Of a stretch of DNA of 64,000 nucleotides, positions 18,953 through 28,351 are shown piece after piece. A model generated the notes under the pieces. The model did not search any database, was not told where the DNA came from, and saw nothing but the letters and a program-made list of their open reading frames with translations. The stretch is from Planctomycetota bacterium (lineage in GTDB: Bacteria; Planctomycetota; B15-G4; JADJEK01): contig JBGAIQ010000023.1 in the NCBI GenBank assembly GCA_044225365.1, positions 1 through 64,000 of the forward strand, given 5' to 3'. Numbering within the stretch: the stretch's first letter is position 1; each line of letters begins with the position of its first letter. The position numbers were made by a program, and so were the translations under genes.

Positions 18953-20994
18953 TGCTCAGCCCACCAGAGGGCGAGGATCCCCGGATCGATCCTGCCGCGC
19001 ACCAGAGGTCCACGATCCCCGAACTGCATCGCAACGTCGATCGACGGTACTCCCCTGCCCCCAAGGGCGAGCGGACCGGGAGCACAGAGGCCGAGAACCG
19101 TCGTCGTTCCACCCAGGCGCAGGATTCCCGGCTGGAAACACGGGTCCGAGGTCGAGGTGATGTTCGTGAAGTCGAAGTCCATGTCGATGGCCGTCGGCCC
19201 CGCCGCGTCGCCACAGATCGCCCTCGCGATCGCGATCGGTGCTCCTGCTTGGCCCAGTCCGATGAGCCTTGGAGCCTCCGTGCCGAGCGACTTCGCGTAC
19301 GCGATCCCGAGCAAGACGTCCTGAACTCGCTCCGCGAGCAGGGTTCGATCGTACGCCAGCGTATAGCCAGCGTATTGAGCGTTTCGGTCCTTGTCGACGG
19401 GCATCGCGGGCGGCTTGTCCGTGGCGAATCCGCCGAGCAGATCGAGGGTCAGGAAACTACTCGTCGTGATCCCGTCCAACATCTCACGCGCACCGATCGA
19501 CTCCGCCGTCGGCGCGTCACTGGATGCAACGACGACGATGGGCTTCCTTCGGTCGACGAGAGTCGCGGCGACGCAAAGTTCCGGCCGGTTCGTACACCGC
19601 AGACGAAGCCTGCGCCGCACGCAGTCGTCTTCCTTCGTGGCCGAGATCTCTTCGACACGGATCGAATCCGAGTTCGGCAGCGCCGCAGCGAACAACGCGG
19701 AAAGATCCTTGCGCAACCGCTCGCGTGCTGCGGCCACCGCGGACTTGTCCTCCATGTCGGTTCCGAACGGATGCTCCTCGATGCTCTGCTCGAAGAAGGC
19801 CTTCACGGTTGCCGCGTCTGCGCTCGCGGGTCGCGGATTCTCGCTCGTGAACACGTGCAGCTCGGCGGGCGGGATCGGGGTGAACGGCTTCTCCGCGATC
19901 GGTCCTTCGACGCCGAGTCCGAGATACTCGTTCATCCACGCGTACATGTGTTCGCGTGAGACCTGGTTGTAGTTGTGGTCGAACTCGGGATGCACCCAGG
20001 CGTCGACGTCGGATTCCTTGCCGTAGAGCGCCCAGACCTTCTTGAGCTCGGGGAGGCTCTCTTCCTTCAGGTGGAGCGTCCAGTCGTTTGCGCCGGTCAT
20101 CCCCATCGGCTTTGGCGCGAAGAGCGCGGCGATCTCGACGTTGTCGGTATCGATGCGAAGTCCGGGCGCGTTCTCGCAGATGCACCCGCCCTGCATCCGA
20201 TTCGAGACCATCACGGCGGGGAACGCGACCTTCACGCGAGGATCGAGCGCGCAGAGGATGAACGTCTGCGTGCCTCCTCCGCTCGCGCCCGTGCAGCCGA
20301 TGCGATTCGTGTCGACGTCCGGAAGTTCGCACAATGCATCGAGCGCGCGGATCGAATCCCACGTCTGCAGTCCGAACGCGCTGATCCCGTAGAGCATCGA
20401 TTCGGTATCGAGGAAGCCCTCGCCATGACCGATCTGCGTCGAGTCGGCGCGGCCCACCATGTCGTAGTGCAGGACGACGCAACCCATGCGCGCGAGTTGC
20501 GCGCAGCGGGCCTGGAGCGGATAGCGCGCGCCCTCGAGCGTCTTCTCGGCGCCGCGTTCGATCTCCTTCTTGCCGTCGGCTTCGGAGCGCTCGAAGAAGC
20601 GGCCGTTGTCCCAGTGCCCGTAGGGACAAAGCACGCCCGGGTGCTTTACGCCCGCCTTGCCCTTCGGCCGGTAGAGATTGCCGGTGACGAAGAATCCGGG
20701 GAGACTCTCGAACGCGACGTTCTCCACCGTGTAATCGCCGCGATCGATCGTCGAATAGGACTTGAAATGGAGCGGGGTGTGCGGCGGCTCGGGCTCGAGT
20801 CCCGCGGCGATGCGTACGCGCAAGCGCAGCTCGTTCGCACGCGCCTCCCACGCCTCGCGCGTCGGCGGCGCCTTGAAGAGATGCAGGGTGTCGGTCGTGC
20901 GCGCGACGAGGAGGCGCGTGTCATCCTGGGCATGCGCCGTGGCGACGGTGAAGAGCGCTGCGAGCAGCACCGCGCGATGGACGGGAGTGGACAT
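18949..20994 (-). CDS. Exported acetylxylan esterase-like alpha/beta hydrolase
   Basis: Start moved to ATG 20994 (TGATG overlap); signal peptide; FESLPGFFVTGNLYRP, GASGGGTQT, GGCICEN, HNYN. Confidence 0.85.
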   Translation of the reverse strand: MSTPVHRAVLLAALFTVATAHAQDDTRLLVARTTDTLHLFKAPPTREAWEARANELRLRVRIAAGLEPEPPHTPLHFKSYSTIDRGDYTVENVAFESLPGFFVTGNLYRPKGKAGVKHPGVLCPYGHWDNGRFFERSEADGKKEIERGAEKTLEGARYPLQARCAQLARMGCVVLHYDMVGRADSTQIGHGEGFLDTESMLYGISAFGLQTWDSIRALDALCELPDVDTNRIGCTGASGGGTQTFILCALDPRVKVAFPAVMVSNRMQGGCICENAPGLRIDTDNVEIAALFAPKPMGMTGANDWTLHLKEESLPELKKVWALYGKESDVDAWVHPEFDHNYNQVSREHMYAWMNEYLGLGVEGPIAEKPFTPIPPAELHVFTSENPRPASADAATVKAFFEQSIEEHPFGTDMEDKSAVAAARERLRKDLSALFAAALPNSDSIRVEEISATKEDDCVRRRLRLRCTNRPELCVAATLVDRRKPIVVVASSDAPTAESIGAREMLDGITTSSFLTLDLLGGFATDKPPAMPVDKDRNAQYAGYTLAYDRTLLAERVQDVLLGIAYAKSLGTEAPRLIGLGQAGAPIAIARAICGDAAGPTAIDMDFDFTNITSTSDPCFQPGILRLGGTTTVLGLCAPGPLALGGRGVPSIDVAMQFGDRGPLVRGRIDPGILALWWAEQ

Positions 20995-22934
20995 CAATAC
21001 CCCGCCTTCAGGTCGACCACGTTGAGGAGTGCGTCGCCGTTCACGAAGCGTCGCAGGTTCTCGCGGAACAGCTTGAACACGCGATCGTCCGACGTATCCG
21101 ATTCCGCAGAGACGTGGGGTGTGATGATCACGTTCTTCATCTTCCACAGCGGGCTGTCGCCGTTCAAAGGCTCCGGGTCCGAGACATCGAGGCCGGCGCC
21201 GCGGACGCGACCGTCGTTCAGCGCGGCGACGAGATCTTCGGTGACGACGCTCTTCCCGCGACCGATGTTGACGAAGTAGCTGCCCTTCTTCGCGATCGTG
21301 AAGAACTTCTTGTCGAACAGGCGTTCGGTCTCCTTCGTCAACGGCATGCAGTTCACGATGAAGTCCGCTTCGGCGGCGAAGTCGACGAGGTTCGACGATC
21401 CGCCGAGTCGATCGACGAAGTCCGGCTTCGAGTCGGGCGTTCGCTTCACCGCGATCACGCGCATCCCGAAACCCTTGCCGATGCGTGCGACGTCGGTGCC
21501 GATCCCCCCAAGCCCGACGACGAAGAGCGTGCGTCCATGCAACTCGCGCATGACGTCGTCGCCGCGGAACACGTCGGCATTCCACAGGCCCTTGTTCTGC
21601 TCACCGATCGCATCGCGCAGGTCGCGCGTGAGGCCGAGCAGCATCGCGAACACGTGCTCCGCGATCGGCGTCCCGTGGACGCGCTGCGCGTTCGTGAGCA
21701 CGACCTCACGGTCGCTGAATCCCTTGAGCCCGACGTAGCGCTCGACTCCGGCGGAGCCGACCGCGATCCATTTCAGTTTCTTGCCGCGCTCGAGCACGTC
21801 GGCATTGCAGAAGCCCAGGATCGCATCGGCATCCGCGACCTTCGATGCGGCCTCCATCGGGCTGCCGTACGGAACGAGTTCGACGCCCGGCGCGACGTAG
21901 GCGAGGCGCGAGAGCGGGATCGTCGCAGGCACCAGGATCTTCGTCGGCTTGGACCAGCCGGGCGCGTCCCGCAGCGCATGCTCCCCCTCTTTGAGGCCCA
22001 TCTCCGCGATCCACGCCGACGGCGGGTTCAGCCCGGTGAGTTCACCGAACACGTGCTCGACGTTTCCCTTCTGCTCCTTTGCTTCCTTGCCGCTCCACTC
22101 GCGATACCAGGGCATGTCGAGCCCGGCGCCGATCTTGTCGGCCGTGAAACCCTTCAACATCCCGCTCTCGACCGCGGCGCGGAGTTCGACGAACCACCGC
22201 TTCTGCTGCACGATCATGGTCGCATCGCCGAGTTTGCCGTGTCCGGGGGCGACGATCTTGGGCGACAGACCCGCGAGCCCGTCGAGCACGCGCAACCAGC
22301 TCTCGGAATCCGAATCGCCCATGAAGTTGAACGCGCCGTTCACGCAGGCGTCACCGGTGAACAGGATTCGCTCGTTCGGAAGCCACGCGACCGCGTCGCC
22401 CGAGGTGTGCGCGTGTCCGAGATGGAGCAGTTCGACGTGATGCTTGCCGTCGTCGAACACGAGCTCGTTCTTGAAGGTGAGCGTGCCCGGCTTCCACTTC
22501 AGGTTCTTGGCGGCGTCGTCGCCCGACTCGTGGAGCGCCGACTCCGGGATCTTGCGCTCGCTCTCCTGACAGCGTTCGGTGCAGACGATCGTCGCGCCCG
22601 CCTCGACATAGATGCCGTTCCCGAACGAGTGGTCGGGGTGATAGTGCGTGTTGAAGGCGAAGCGCACCGGCTTCTTCGTCCGCTTCTCGATCTCCTCGAG
22701 AGCGAGTCGCGCTCCCGGGGCGAATCCCGAATCGATGACGAGGACGTAGTCCTCGAACTCGATCCAACCGACGTTGGCACCGATGAACTTCGGCTGATTC
22801 GGCATCTCGAGGAAGAAGACGCCCGGCGCGAGTTCGTGAACCGGATCGGCGTCCTCGGCGCGAAGCAGCGAATTCGAAGCCGCGATCGTGCAAGCGATCG
22901 AGACGCAGGCGAGAACGATTCGATTCGACACCAT
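20994..22934 (-). CDS. Fusion of metallo-beta-lactamase-fold hydrolase and D-2-hydroxyacid dehydrogenase, with a predicted signal peptide
   Basis: ATG 22934 with GGAGG RBS; NTHYHPDHSFGN, AHTSGD, FTGD, PGHG; then IAEH, VGLGGIG, PLTKET, NIGRG, LDV..PEP, TPHVS. Confidence 0.85.
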   Translation of the reverse strand: MVSNRIVLACVSIACTIAASNSLLRAEDADPVHELAPGVFFLEMPNQPKFIGANVGWIEFEDYVLVIDSGFAPGARLALEEIEKRTKKPVRFAFNTHYHPDHSFGNGIYVEAGATIVCTERCQESERKIPESALHESGDDAAKNLKWKPGTLTFKNELVFDDGKHHVELLHLGHAHTSGDAVAWLPNERILFTGDACVNGAFNFMGDSDSESWLRVLDGLAGLSPKIVAPGHGKLGDATMIVQQKRWFVELRAAVESGMLKGFTADKIGAGLDMPWYREWSGKEAKEQKGNVEHVFGELTGLNPPSAWIAEMGLKEGEHALRDAPGWSKPTKILVPATIPLSRLAYVAPGVELVPYGSPMEAASKVADADAILGFCNADVLERGKKLKWIAVGSAGVERYVGLKGFSDREVVLTNAQRVHGTPIAEHVFAMLLGLTRDLRDAIGEQNKGLWNADVFRGDDVMRELHGRTLFVVGLGGIGTDVARIGKGFGMRVIAVKRTPDSKPDFVDRLGGSSNLVDFAAEADFIVNCMPLTKETERLFDKKFFTIAKKGSYFVNIGRGKSVVTEDLVAALNDGRVRGAGLDVSDPEPLNGDSPLWKMKNVIITPHVSAESDTSDDRVFKLFRENLRRFVNGDALLNVVDLKAGY

Positions 22935-23014
22935 GGACGCATCCTCCAACGCGCGAGTCCGTTCTCGCGGCTTTCGGACATCCTACCGCGGGACTGCGTT
23001 CCGCCGCTTTCGAG

Positions 23015-23794
23015 TCAGGCTCGTTCGCGCGATCCGTCGATCCTTCCGAGCAATCGCAGCAATCCGTCGAGGATCGTGAGCGGGTGCGGCGGACAGCCCG
23101 GAACGAACAGGTCGACCGGAACGATGGATGAGGCGCCGTCGTTCGCTTCGTCGTGACCGACATACGGACCGCCGGAGATCGCGCACGCCCCGACCACAAT
23201 CACGATCTTCGGATCCGGAATCGCGTCGTACGTCTTCTTCAACGCGAGCTGCATGTTCTTCGTCACCGGACCGGTGATGAGCAGGCCGTCGGCATGCCGC
23301 GGCGACGCGACGAACTGGATCCCGAATCGCAGAAGATCGAAGCCGATCGTCGAGAGCACGTTGACGTCCGCCTCACACCCGTTGCATCCGCCCGCCGAAA
23401 CTTGACGCAGCTTCAGCGATCGGCCGAAGATCCGCTTCGCCTCGGCGTCGAGTCCCTGCGCAAGTCGCAACACCTCCCCGGTGACGAGCAATTCGTCGCG
23501 AGCGTCGGTTGCGAGTCGGAAATCCCGCGTGAACTCGATCGCCTGCGTCGGGCACGCGCTCGTGCAATCGGTGCAGAACAGACAACGCCCGAGATCGAGC
23601 ACCGGCTTGCTTTCCGCGACCGTGATCGCATTCGTCGGGCAGGCCGAGATGCACTCGCGACAACCGTCCACGCACTTCTCGGGGTGAACGTTCGGGCGCC
23701 CGCGAAAGCGCGGCGGCAATTCCGGCGGCGGGCCGTTCGGCCAGTCGATCGTACGAAAGCCCTGCGACAAGCGCGCGAACAAGGCTCGGATCAT
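23015..23794 (-). CDS. Ehr/hydrogenase-4-like small subunit: 2x[4Fe-4S] ferredoxin (NuoI/HyfH-like) fused to a NuoB/HyfI-like domain
   Basis: Start moved to ATG 23794; CVDGCRECISACP, CLFCTDCTSACP; GGCNGCE, SPRHAD, GACA, PGCPP. Confidence 0.9.
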   Translation of the reverse strand: MIRALFARLSQGFRTIDWPNGPPPELPPRFRGRPNVHPEKCVDGCRECISACPTNAITVAESKPVLDLGRCLFCTDCTSACPTQAIEFTRDFRLATDARDELLVTGEVLRLAQGLDAEAKRIFGRSLKLRQVSAGGCNGCEADVNVLSTIGFDLLRFGIQFVASPRHADGLLITGPVTKNMQLALKKTYDAIPDPKIVIVVGACAISGGPYVGHDEANDGASSIVPVDLFVPGCPPHPLTILDGLLRLLGRIDGSRERA

Positions 23795-23807
23795 GCGAAG
23801 CTCGTCT

Positions 23808-25319
23808 TCATAGGTCGTGCCCGCAGTAGGACAGATTGAAGCTCTTGTTGCAGAGCGGGAAGTCGGAGATCTCCTGGCCACGAAGCGCCATCGCGAGACC
23901 GAACCAGTTGTGGAACGACGGATCGACGACCTTGTAGCGCGAGAAGCGCCCGCCCTCGTCGGTGATCGCCACGTGGCAGATCTCGCCGCGCCAACCCTCC
24001 ACGATGGACACCGCGATGTGCTCGCCAGCGAGGGAGCCGACATTCGTTCGCACGGGTCCTCGCGGCAACGAATTCAGTTGCTCTTCGATGAACTGGATCG
24101 AGCGATCGATCTCGATCGCGCGGACGTAAGCGCGCGCGAAGACGTCGCCGTTGCTCTGTCCCGTGGTCCATGTCGCGACCGGCAAGTGAGCGAAGCGGTA
24201 GATCCCCGCCGGAAAATCGGTGCGGGCATCCCGGGAGAGCCCGCACGCGCGGGCCGCTGGGCCGACGAGTCCGAGCTCGCGCGCGGTCGTCGTCGAGAGT
24301 GCGCCGGTGCCGTCGAAGCGCGCCATCACCGACGGCGTGTCCCACAGGAGCTGGATCGCATGCATCGTGTCGACGCGGGCCCGTTCGATCCGGTCGAGCA
24401 TCGCAGCTCGCAGAGCGTCGTCGATGTCGAATCCCACTCCTCCCGGACGCACGAGGTCGCGACCGAACCGATTGCCGCAGAGCGCCGCCGAGAGGTTGAG
24501 CCATTCGCCACGCAGTCGACCGCAATAAGACGCCGTCGGCAGGAACCCCACGTCGCCCGCGAGCGCACCGAGATCTCCCACGTGATTCGCGAGGCGCTCG
24601 AGTTCGAGCGCGATGGCGCGGATCGCATCGGCGCGGCCCGGCGAGTGCACGGAAGCGAGCGCTTCGATCGCTTGCGAGTATGCGAGAGCATGACCGATCG
24701 ACGTGTCGCCGGCGGCCGTCTCGAGATAGTGGATCGTCCGCTTGTCGGGACCGCCGAGCAGCCGCCTCTCGATCCCACGATGCTGGTATCCGAGCGAGAT
24801 CTCGAGGTGGAAGACGCGTTCGCCGTGACATTGGAATCGGAAGTGCCCGGGCTCGATGACGCCGGCGTGGACGGGTCCGACGGCGACCTCGTGCACGTCG
24901 CTTCCTTCGACCTGGTAGTACTCCATCTCGCCGATGGACGCAGCATTCGTCTCACCATCGAGGCGAGGCGCGAACCGCACGGGCTTCGCCCACGGATGGC
25001 CGAGCGGGACGATTCCGAATTGCTCGAGGATCTCGCGCTCGAAGAGCTGCACGGCGGGCCATTCGTTCGCGAGCGACTCGAAGGACTCGCGAACGGTGCA
25101 CGAAGTCAGATGGATCGATGCCGCGCTGGGGTCGAGGAGGATCGCGTAGAGGAGCCGTTCTCCGGCCTTGCCATCGGCACAGAACAACGCACCGACACGC
25201 AGTCCACCGCTGCCACCTCGCACGGCGTCGATCAACGCCGCGCGAAACGACTCGCTGCTCTCGCGAGGAACGTCGCGAAGAGGAATCGCCTCGGCATTGC
25301 CGATCGTCGCGAAGGTCAT
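23808..25319 (-). CDS. Ehr/hydrogenase-4-like large subunit (NuoC+NuoD / HyfG-like) lacking Ni-binding motifs
   Basis: FEREI.EQFG, VGPVHAGVIEPGHFRF, GYQHRGIE, ELERLANH, VEGWRGE, DPSFHNW. L1 site reads ETAAGDT; C-terminus reads SFNLSYCGHDL. Confidence 0.9.
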   Translation of the reverse strand: MTFATIGNAEAIPLRDVPRESSESFRAALIDAVRGGSGGLRVGALFCADGKAGERLLYAILLDPSAASIHLTSCTVRESFESLANEWPAVQLFEREILEQFGIVPLGHPWAKPVRFAPRLDGETNAASIGEMEYYQVEGSDVHEVAVGPVHAGVIEPGHFRFQCHGERVFHLEISLGYQHRGIERRLLGGPDKRTIHYLETAAGDTSIGHALAYSQAIEALASVHSPGRADAIRAIALELERLANHVGDLGALAGDVGFLPTASYCGRLRGEWLNLSAALCGNRFGRDLVRPGGVGFDIDDALRAAMLDRIERARVDTMHAIQLLWDTPSVMARFDGTGALSTTTARELGLVGPAARACGLSRDARTDFPAGIYRFAHLPVATWTTGQSNGDVFARAYVRAIEIDRSIQFIEEQLNSLPRGPVRTNVGSLAGEHIAVSIVEGWRGEICHVAITDEGGRFSRYKVVDPSFHNWFGLAMALRGQEISDFPLCNKSFNLSYCGHDL

Positions 25320-26767
25320 CGCGGCGCCTCCGCGCTGCGGGTCACGAAGATCGCAGCATCGCTCGCGAGTTCACGCAGGAACGGCGGCACGTAGAGACCG
25401 AGCAAGAGAGCGAGCGCGAGCAATACGAGCGGCGGCACGATCGTGGACAGGCGTTCACGGTAGTTCGATCTGGGCAACGCGTGCGCTTCCGGCGGACGAC
25501 CCTGAGTGACGGCGAGGACGGTTCCACCCATTCCGATGAACGCGATGAGCAAGAACGCGAGCATGGCGACGGCGATGCCGACGTGATCGCTCGCCACCGC
25601 GGCGTTCAAGATCGTGAACTCGCTGACGAAGGGTGCAAACGGCGGCGATCCCGTGATCGCGAGGAATGCGGCGACGAGCAGCGCGCCGGAGTACGGAATT
25701 CGCCGCAATGCGCCGAAAACCTCTGCCGTCGACTTGCTGCCATAGGACCGATGGACGTTTCCCGCAGTCAAGAACATCACGCCCTTGACGAGGGCGTTGA
25801 AAACGAGATGGAGCATGGCTCCGAACGCGCCGCGCAATCCGAGCGAGAGACCGAGCGCGAGGATGCCCATGTGCTCGACGCTGGAGTACGCGAGGAGTCG
25901 TTTGAAATCGCGTTGGCGGATCATGAAGACGCCACCGATCGCCATCGAGAAGAGACCCATGCCGAGCAGGATCCGATTCGCTAGCGCTGACTCACCCGCG
26001 GCGCAGACGATCGGATACACGCGGAGGATCGCGAGGAACGCGCAACTCGCCGCGCCGCCCGCGAGCAGCGATCCGACGATTCCCGGCGCTTCGCCGTAGG
26101 CGTCGGGCTTCCAGGTGTGCATCGGCGCGAGCCCCATCTTCGTGCCGTAGCCGACGAAGAGGAGGATGAACGCGGCTCGCAGCCACGCCTTGTCGAGCGC
26201 ATCGGCGTGCGCGAGGAGATCCGCGAACAAGAGCGACGACTCGTGCCCACCTTGCAACGCTGCGAAGCCGAGGAAGAGCGAGCCCAAGAGTGCGAGCGCG
26301 ACTCCGACCGATCCGACCGTCAGATACTTCCACGTGGCTTCGAGCGCGCGCGTCGACCTGTCGAAGTAGAGCAAAGGCCCCGTCGCGAGCGTCATGGCCT
26401 CGAGCGCCACCCACATCAGCCCCAGGTGATGCGCCAGGATCATGAGCGACATCATCCCAAGGAAGACGAGCAGGCACGCGCAGAACACGCGATTGCCGCA
26501 GTCGGCGCGCTCGCGCAGATAGCCGATCGCGTAGATCGAGCACACGAAGAAGAGGACGCTGACGACGAGCAACACGAGCCGTCCGGGCGGATCGAGTTCG
26601 ACCCATTCGAACGGGCTACGGCTCGTTCCTCTCGCGAGCAGAGCGATCGTGACGAGCAAATGAACCACGCCGCAGATCGGCAATGTCCACGGGCGCTGCG
26701 ACTCCGATCGCATGAGGAGCGCGATCGCTGCGACGAGGAACGGAGCGAGGACGAGGATCAGGAGCAT
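25316..26767 (-). CDS. hyfF: HyfF-like antiporter-type membrane subunit
   Basis: WVALEAMTL, EATWKY, GYGTKMGLAPMHTWKPDAYGEAP, KRLLAYSSVEHMG. Confidence 0.85.
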   Translation of the reverse strand: MLLILVLAPFLVAAIALLMRSESQRPWTLPICGVVHLLVTIALLARGTSRSPFEWVELDPPGRLVLLVVSVLFFVCSIYAIGYLRERADCGNRVFCACLLVFLGMMSLMILAHHLGLMWVALEAMTLATGPLLYFDRSTRALEATWKYLTVGSVGVALALLGSLFLGFAALQGGHESSLLFADLLAHADALDKAWLRAAFILLFVGYGTKMGLAPMHTWKPDAYGEAPGIVGSLLAGGAASCAFLAILRVYPIVCAAGESALANRILLGMGLFSMAIGGVFMIRQRDFKRLLAYSSVEHMGILALGLSLGLRGAFGAMLHLVFNALVKGVMFLTAGNVHRSYGSKSTAEVFGALRRIPYSGALLVAAFLAITGSPPFAPFVSEFTILNAAVASDHVGIAVAMLAFLLIAFIGMGGTVLAVTQGRPPEAHALPRSNYRERLSTIVPPLVLLALALLLGLYVPPFLRELASDAAIFVTRSAEAPR

Positions 26768-26773
26768 CCGCCG

Positions 26774-27433
26774 TCACTCCTTCAATTCCGCGAGACGGTC
26801 GGTGCTGATCGACGAGAACTCGCGACTGATGTGATGGATGATGATTCCCATCACGAAGATCGCGACGAACAGATCGAGCAGAACGCCCACTTCGACGAGG
26901 AACGGCATCGCGTGGAGCAGGAGGAGTCCGAAGACGAAGATCCCGTTCTCGAGCACGAGATACCCCACCACCTGCGTGATCGCCTTGATGCGCGTGATGA
27001 TGAGCAGGAAGCCGGTGAGGACCGTCGCGAACGACGTCGTCACGATGGCCCGCGCGCTGGGAAGAGGCGACTGGTCGAGAGGCAACACCTGCGCGAGCCG
27101 CATCGACACGAACACCGCGAGCGCGCCGAGAACGAGCGACGCGCGATATCCGATGAGGGGCTCGATCTCCCTTCGCATCGGTACGTCGACCATCGCACGC
27201 GTGAGCATTCGCGGAATGACGATTCCCTTCAATGCGATCGCGCCGAGGCTGACGACGACCTCGCGGAATCCGATCGAACCTTGCGCTGAATTCACGAGGA
27301 GCGGGAGGATGCCGAGAAGGAGTCCCTGGATCGCGACGCCGAAGACGATCGACCGGATGCGGCTCACGCCCAGCATGGCGAAGTCGAGCAGGAGCACGAC
27401 GACGAGGATCGATTCAGCCGCGGCGGTGAGCAT
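26774..27433 (-). CDS. hyfE: HyfE-like membrane subunit
   Basis: AIQG, KGIVIP, QVVGYLVLENGI, VEVGVLLD; operon position. Confidence 0.85.
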   Translation of the reverse strand: MLTAAAESILVVVLLLDFAMLGVSRIRSIVFGVAIQGLLLGILPLLVNSAQGSIGFREVVVSLGAIALKGIVIPRMLTRAMVDVPMRREIEPLIGYRASLVLGALAVFVSMRLAQVLPLDQSPLPSARAIVTTSFATVLTGFLLIITRIKAITQVVGYLVLENGIFVFGLLLLHAMPFLVEVGVLLDLFVAIFVMGIIIHHISREFSSISTDRLAELKE

Positions 27434-27448
27434 CTTGCCCGTGAACCT

Positions 27449-28351
27449 TCACAACAGGAGGAATCCAAAGCCCGTGAGCAGACAGGCGCCGATCAACAGG
27501 TTCGAGACGTGAACGAGACGGAGCCGCGCCATGACCGACTCCACGACTCCGACGATCACGGCGACGAGTCCCACGGCGCACGCGAAGACGAGAGCGTCGA
27601 CGATCGCTCGTCCGGTATGGACCGGCACGATCATTCGCGCGACCAACGCCGCGAACACGAACAGCTTGATCGCGGCGCCGTAGAGCACGATGCCGAGCGC
27701 AGGTCCGCCGTGATCGAGCACCATCACCTCGTGGATCATCGTGAGTTCGAGATGGGTGTTCGGATCGTCGAACGGGATGCGACAGTTCTCCAGCAATGCG
27801 ATCAGGAACAGGCCGAGCAGCACCAGGACGAGGGTCGGCGGAGCGCTGATCCACGCGTGCGACATCCCGCTCCCGAACATCTGCGAGAGTTCGATCGATC
27901 CGGTCGCACGCGAGATCGCGAGCAGGCCGAGCATCAGCGCAGGTTCGGCGAAGCAGGCGAACGTGGTCTCGCGCGCGGCGCCCATCCCTTCGAACGCCGA
28001 TCCCGTATCGAGTGCGGCGAGCACCGTCAGGATTCGTCCCACGGCGAGCAAGCCGACGAGCAGGAAGAGATCGCCGCGAAAGTGCAAGACGGCGAGCGCG
28101 CCGTCGACCGGAACGAAGAGGCCCGCGACGATCGCACCGGCGAGCGTGGCAGCCGGCCCGATGAGGAAGACGGGGCTCGTCGTCGTCGAGAGCACGAGGC
28201 TCTTCTTCGCGAGCTTCACGAGGTCGAACCAGGGCTGCATCACCGGCGGTCCGCGGCGGCCGGCGAAGAACGCCTTCACCTTCGTCACGACACCGAGCAG
28301 GATCGGTGGCAGGACGAGCAGCAGGACGAGGTGGTAGGCGATGCGCTCCAT
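27449..28351 (-). CDS. hyfC: HyfC/NuoH-like membrane subunit
   Basis: Start moved to ATG 28351 (TGATG overlap); GRRGPPVMQPWFDLVK, LDTGSAFEGMGAARE, ENCRIPFDDPNTHLELTMIHE. Confidence 0.9.
   Translation of the reverse strand: MERIAYHLVLLLVLPPILLGVVTKVKAFFAGRRGPPVMQPWFDLVKLAKKSLVLSTTTSPVFLIGPAATLAGAIVAGLFVPVDGALAVLHFRGDLFLLVGLLAVGRILTVLAALDTGSAFEGMGAARETTFACFAEPALMLGLLAISRATGSIELSQMFGSGMSHAWISAPPTLVLVLLGLFLIALLENCRIPFDDPNTHLELTMIHEVMVLDHGGPALGIVLYGAAIKLFVFAALVARMIVPVHTGRAIVDALVFACAVGLVAVIVGVVESVMARLRLVHVSNLLIGACLLTGFGFLLL

Noticed and set aside
23808-25319. Functional [NiFe]-hydrogenase or formate hydrogenlyase
   Set aside because: Both Ni-binding CxxC motifs are missing, and no maturation or formate dehydrogenase genes are present.
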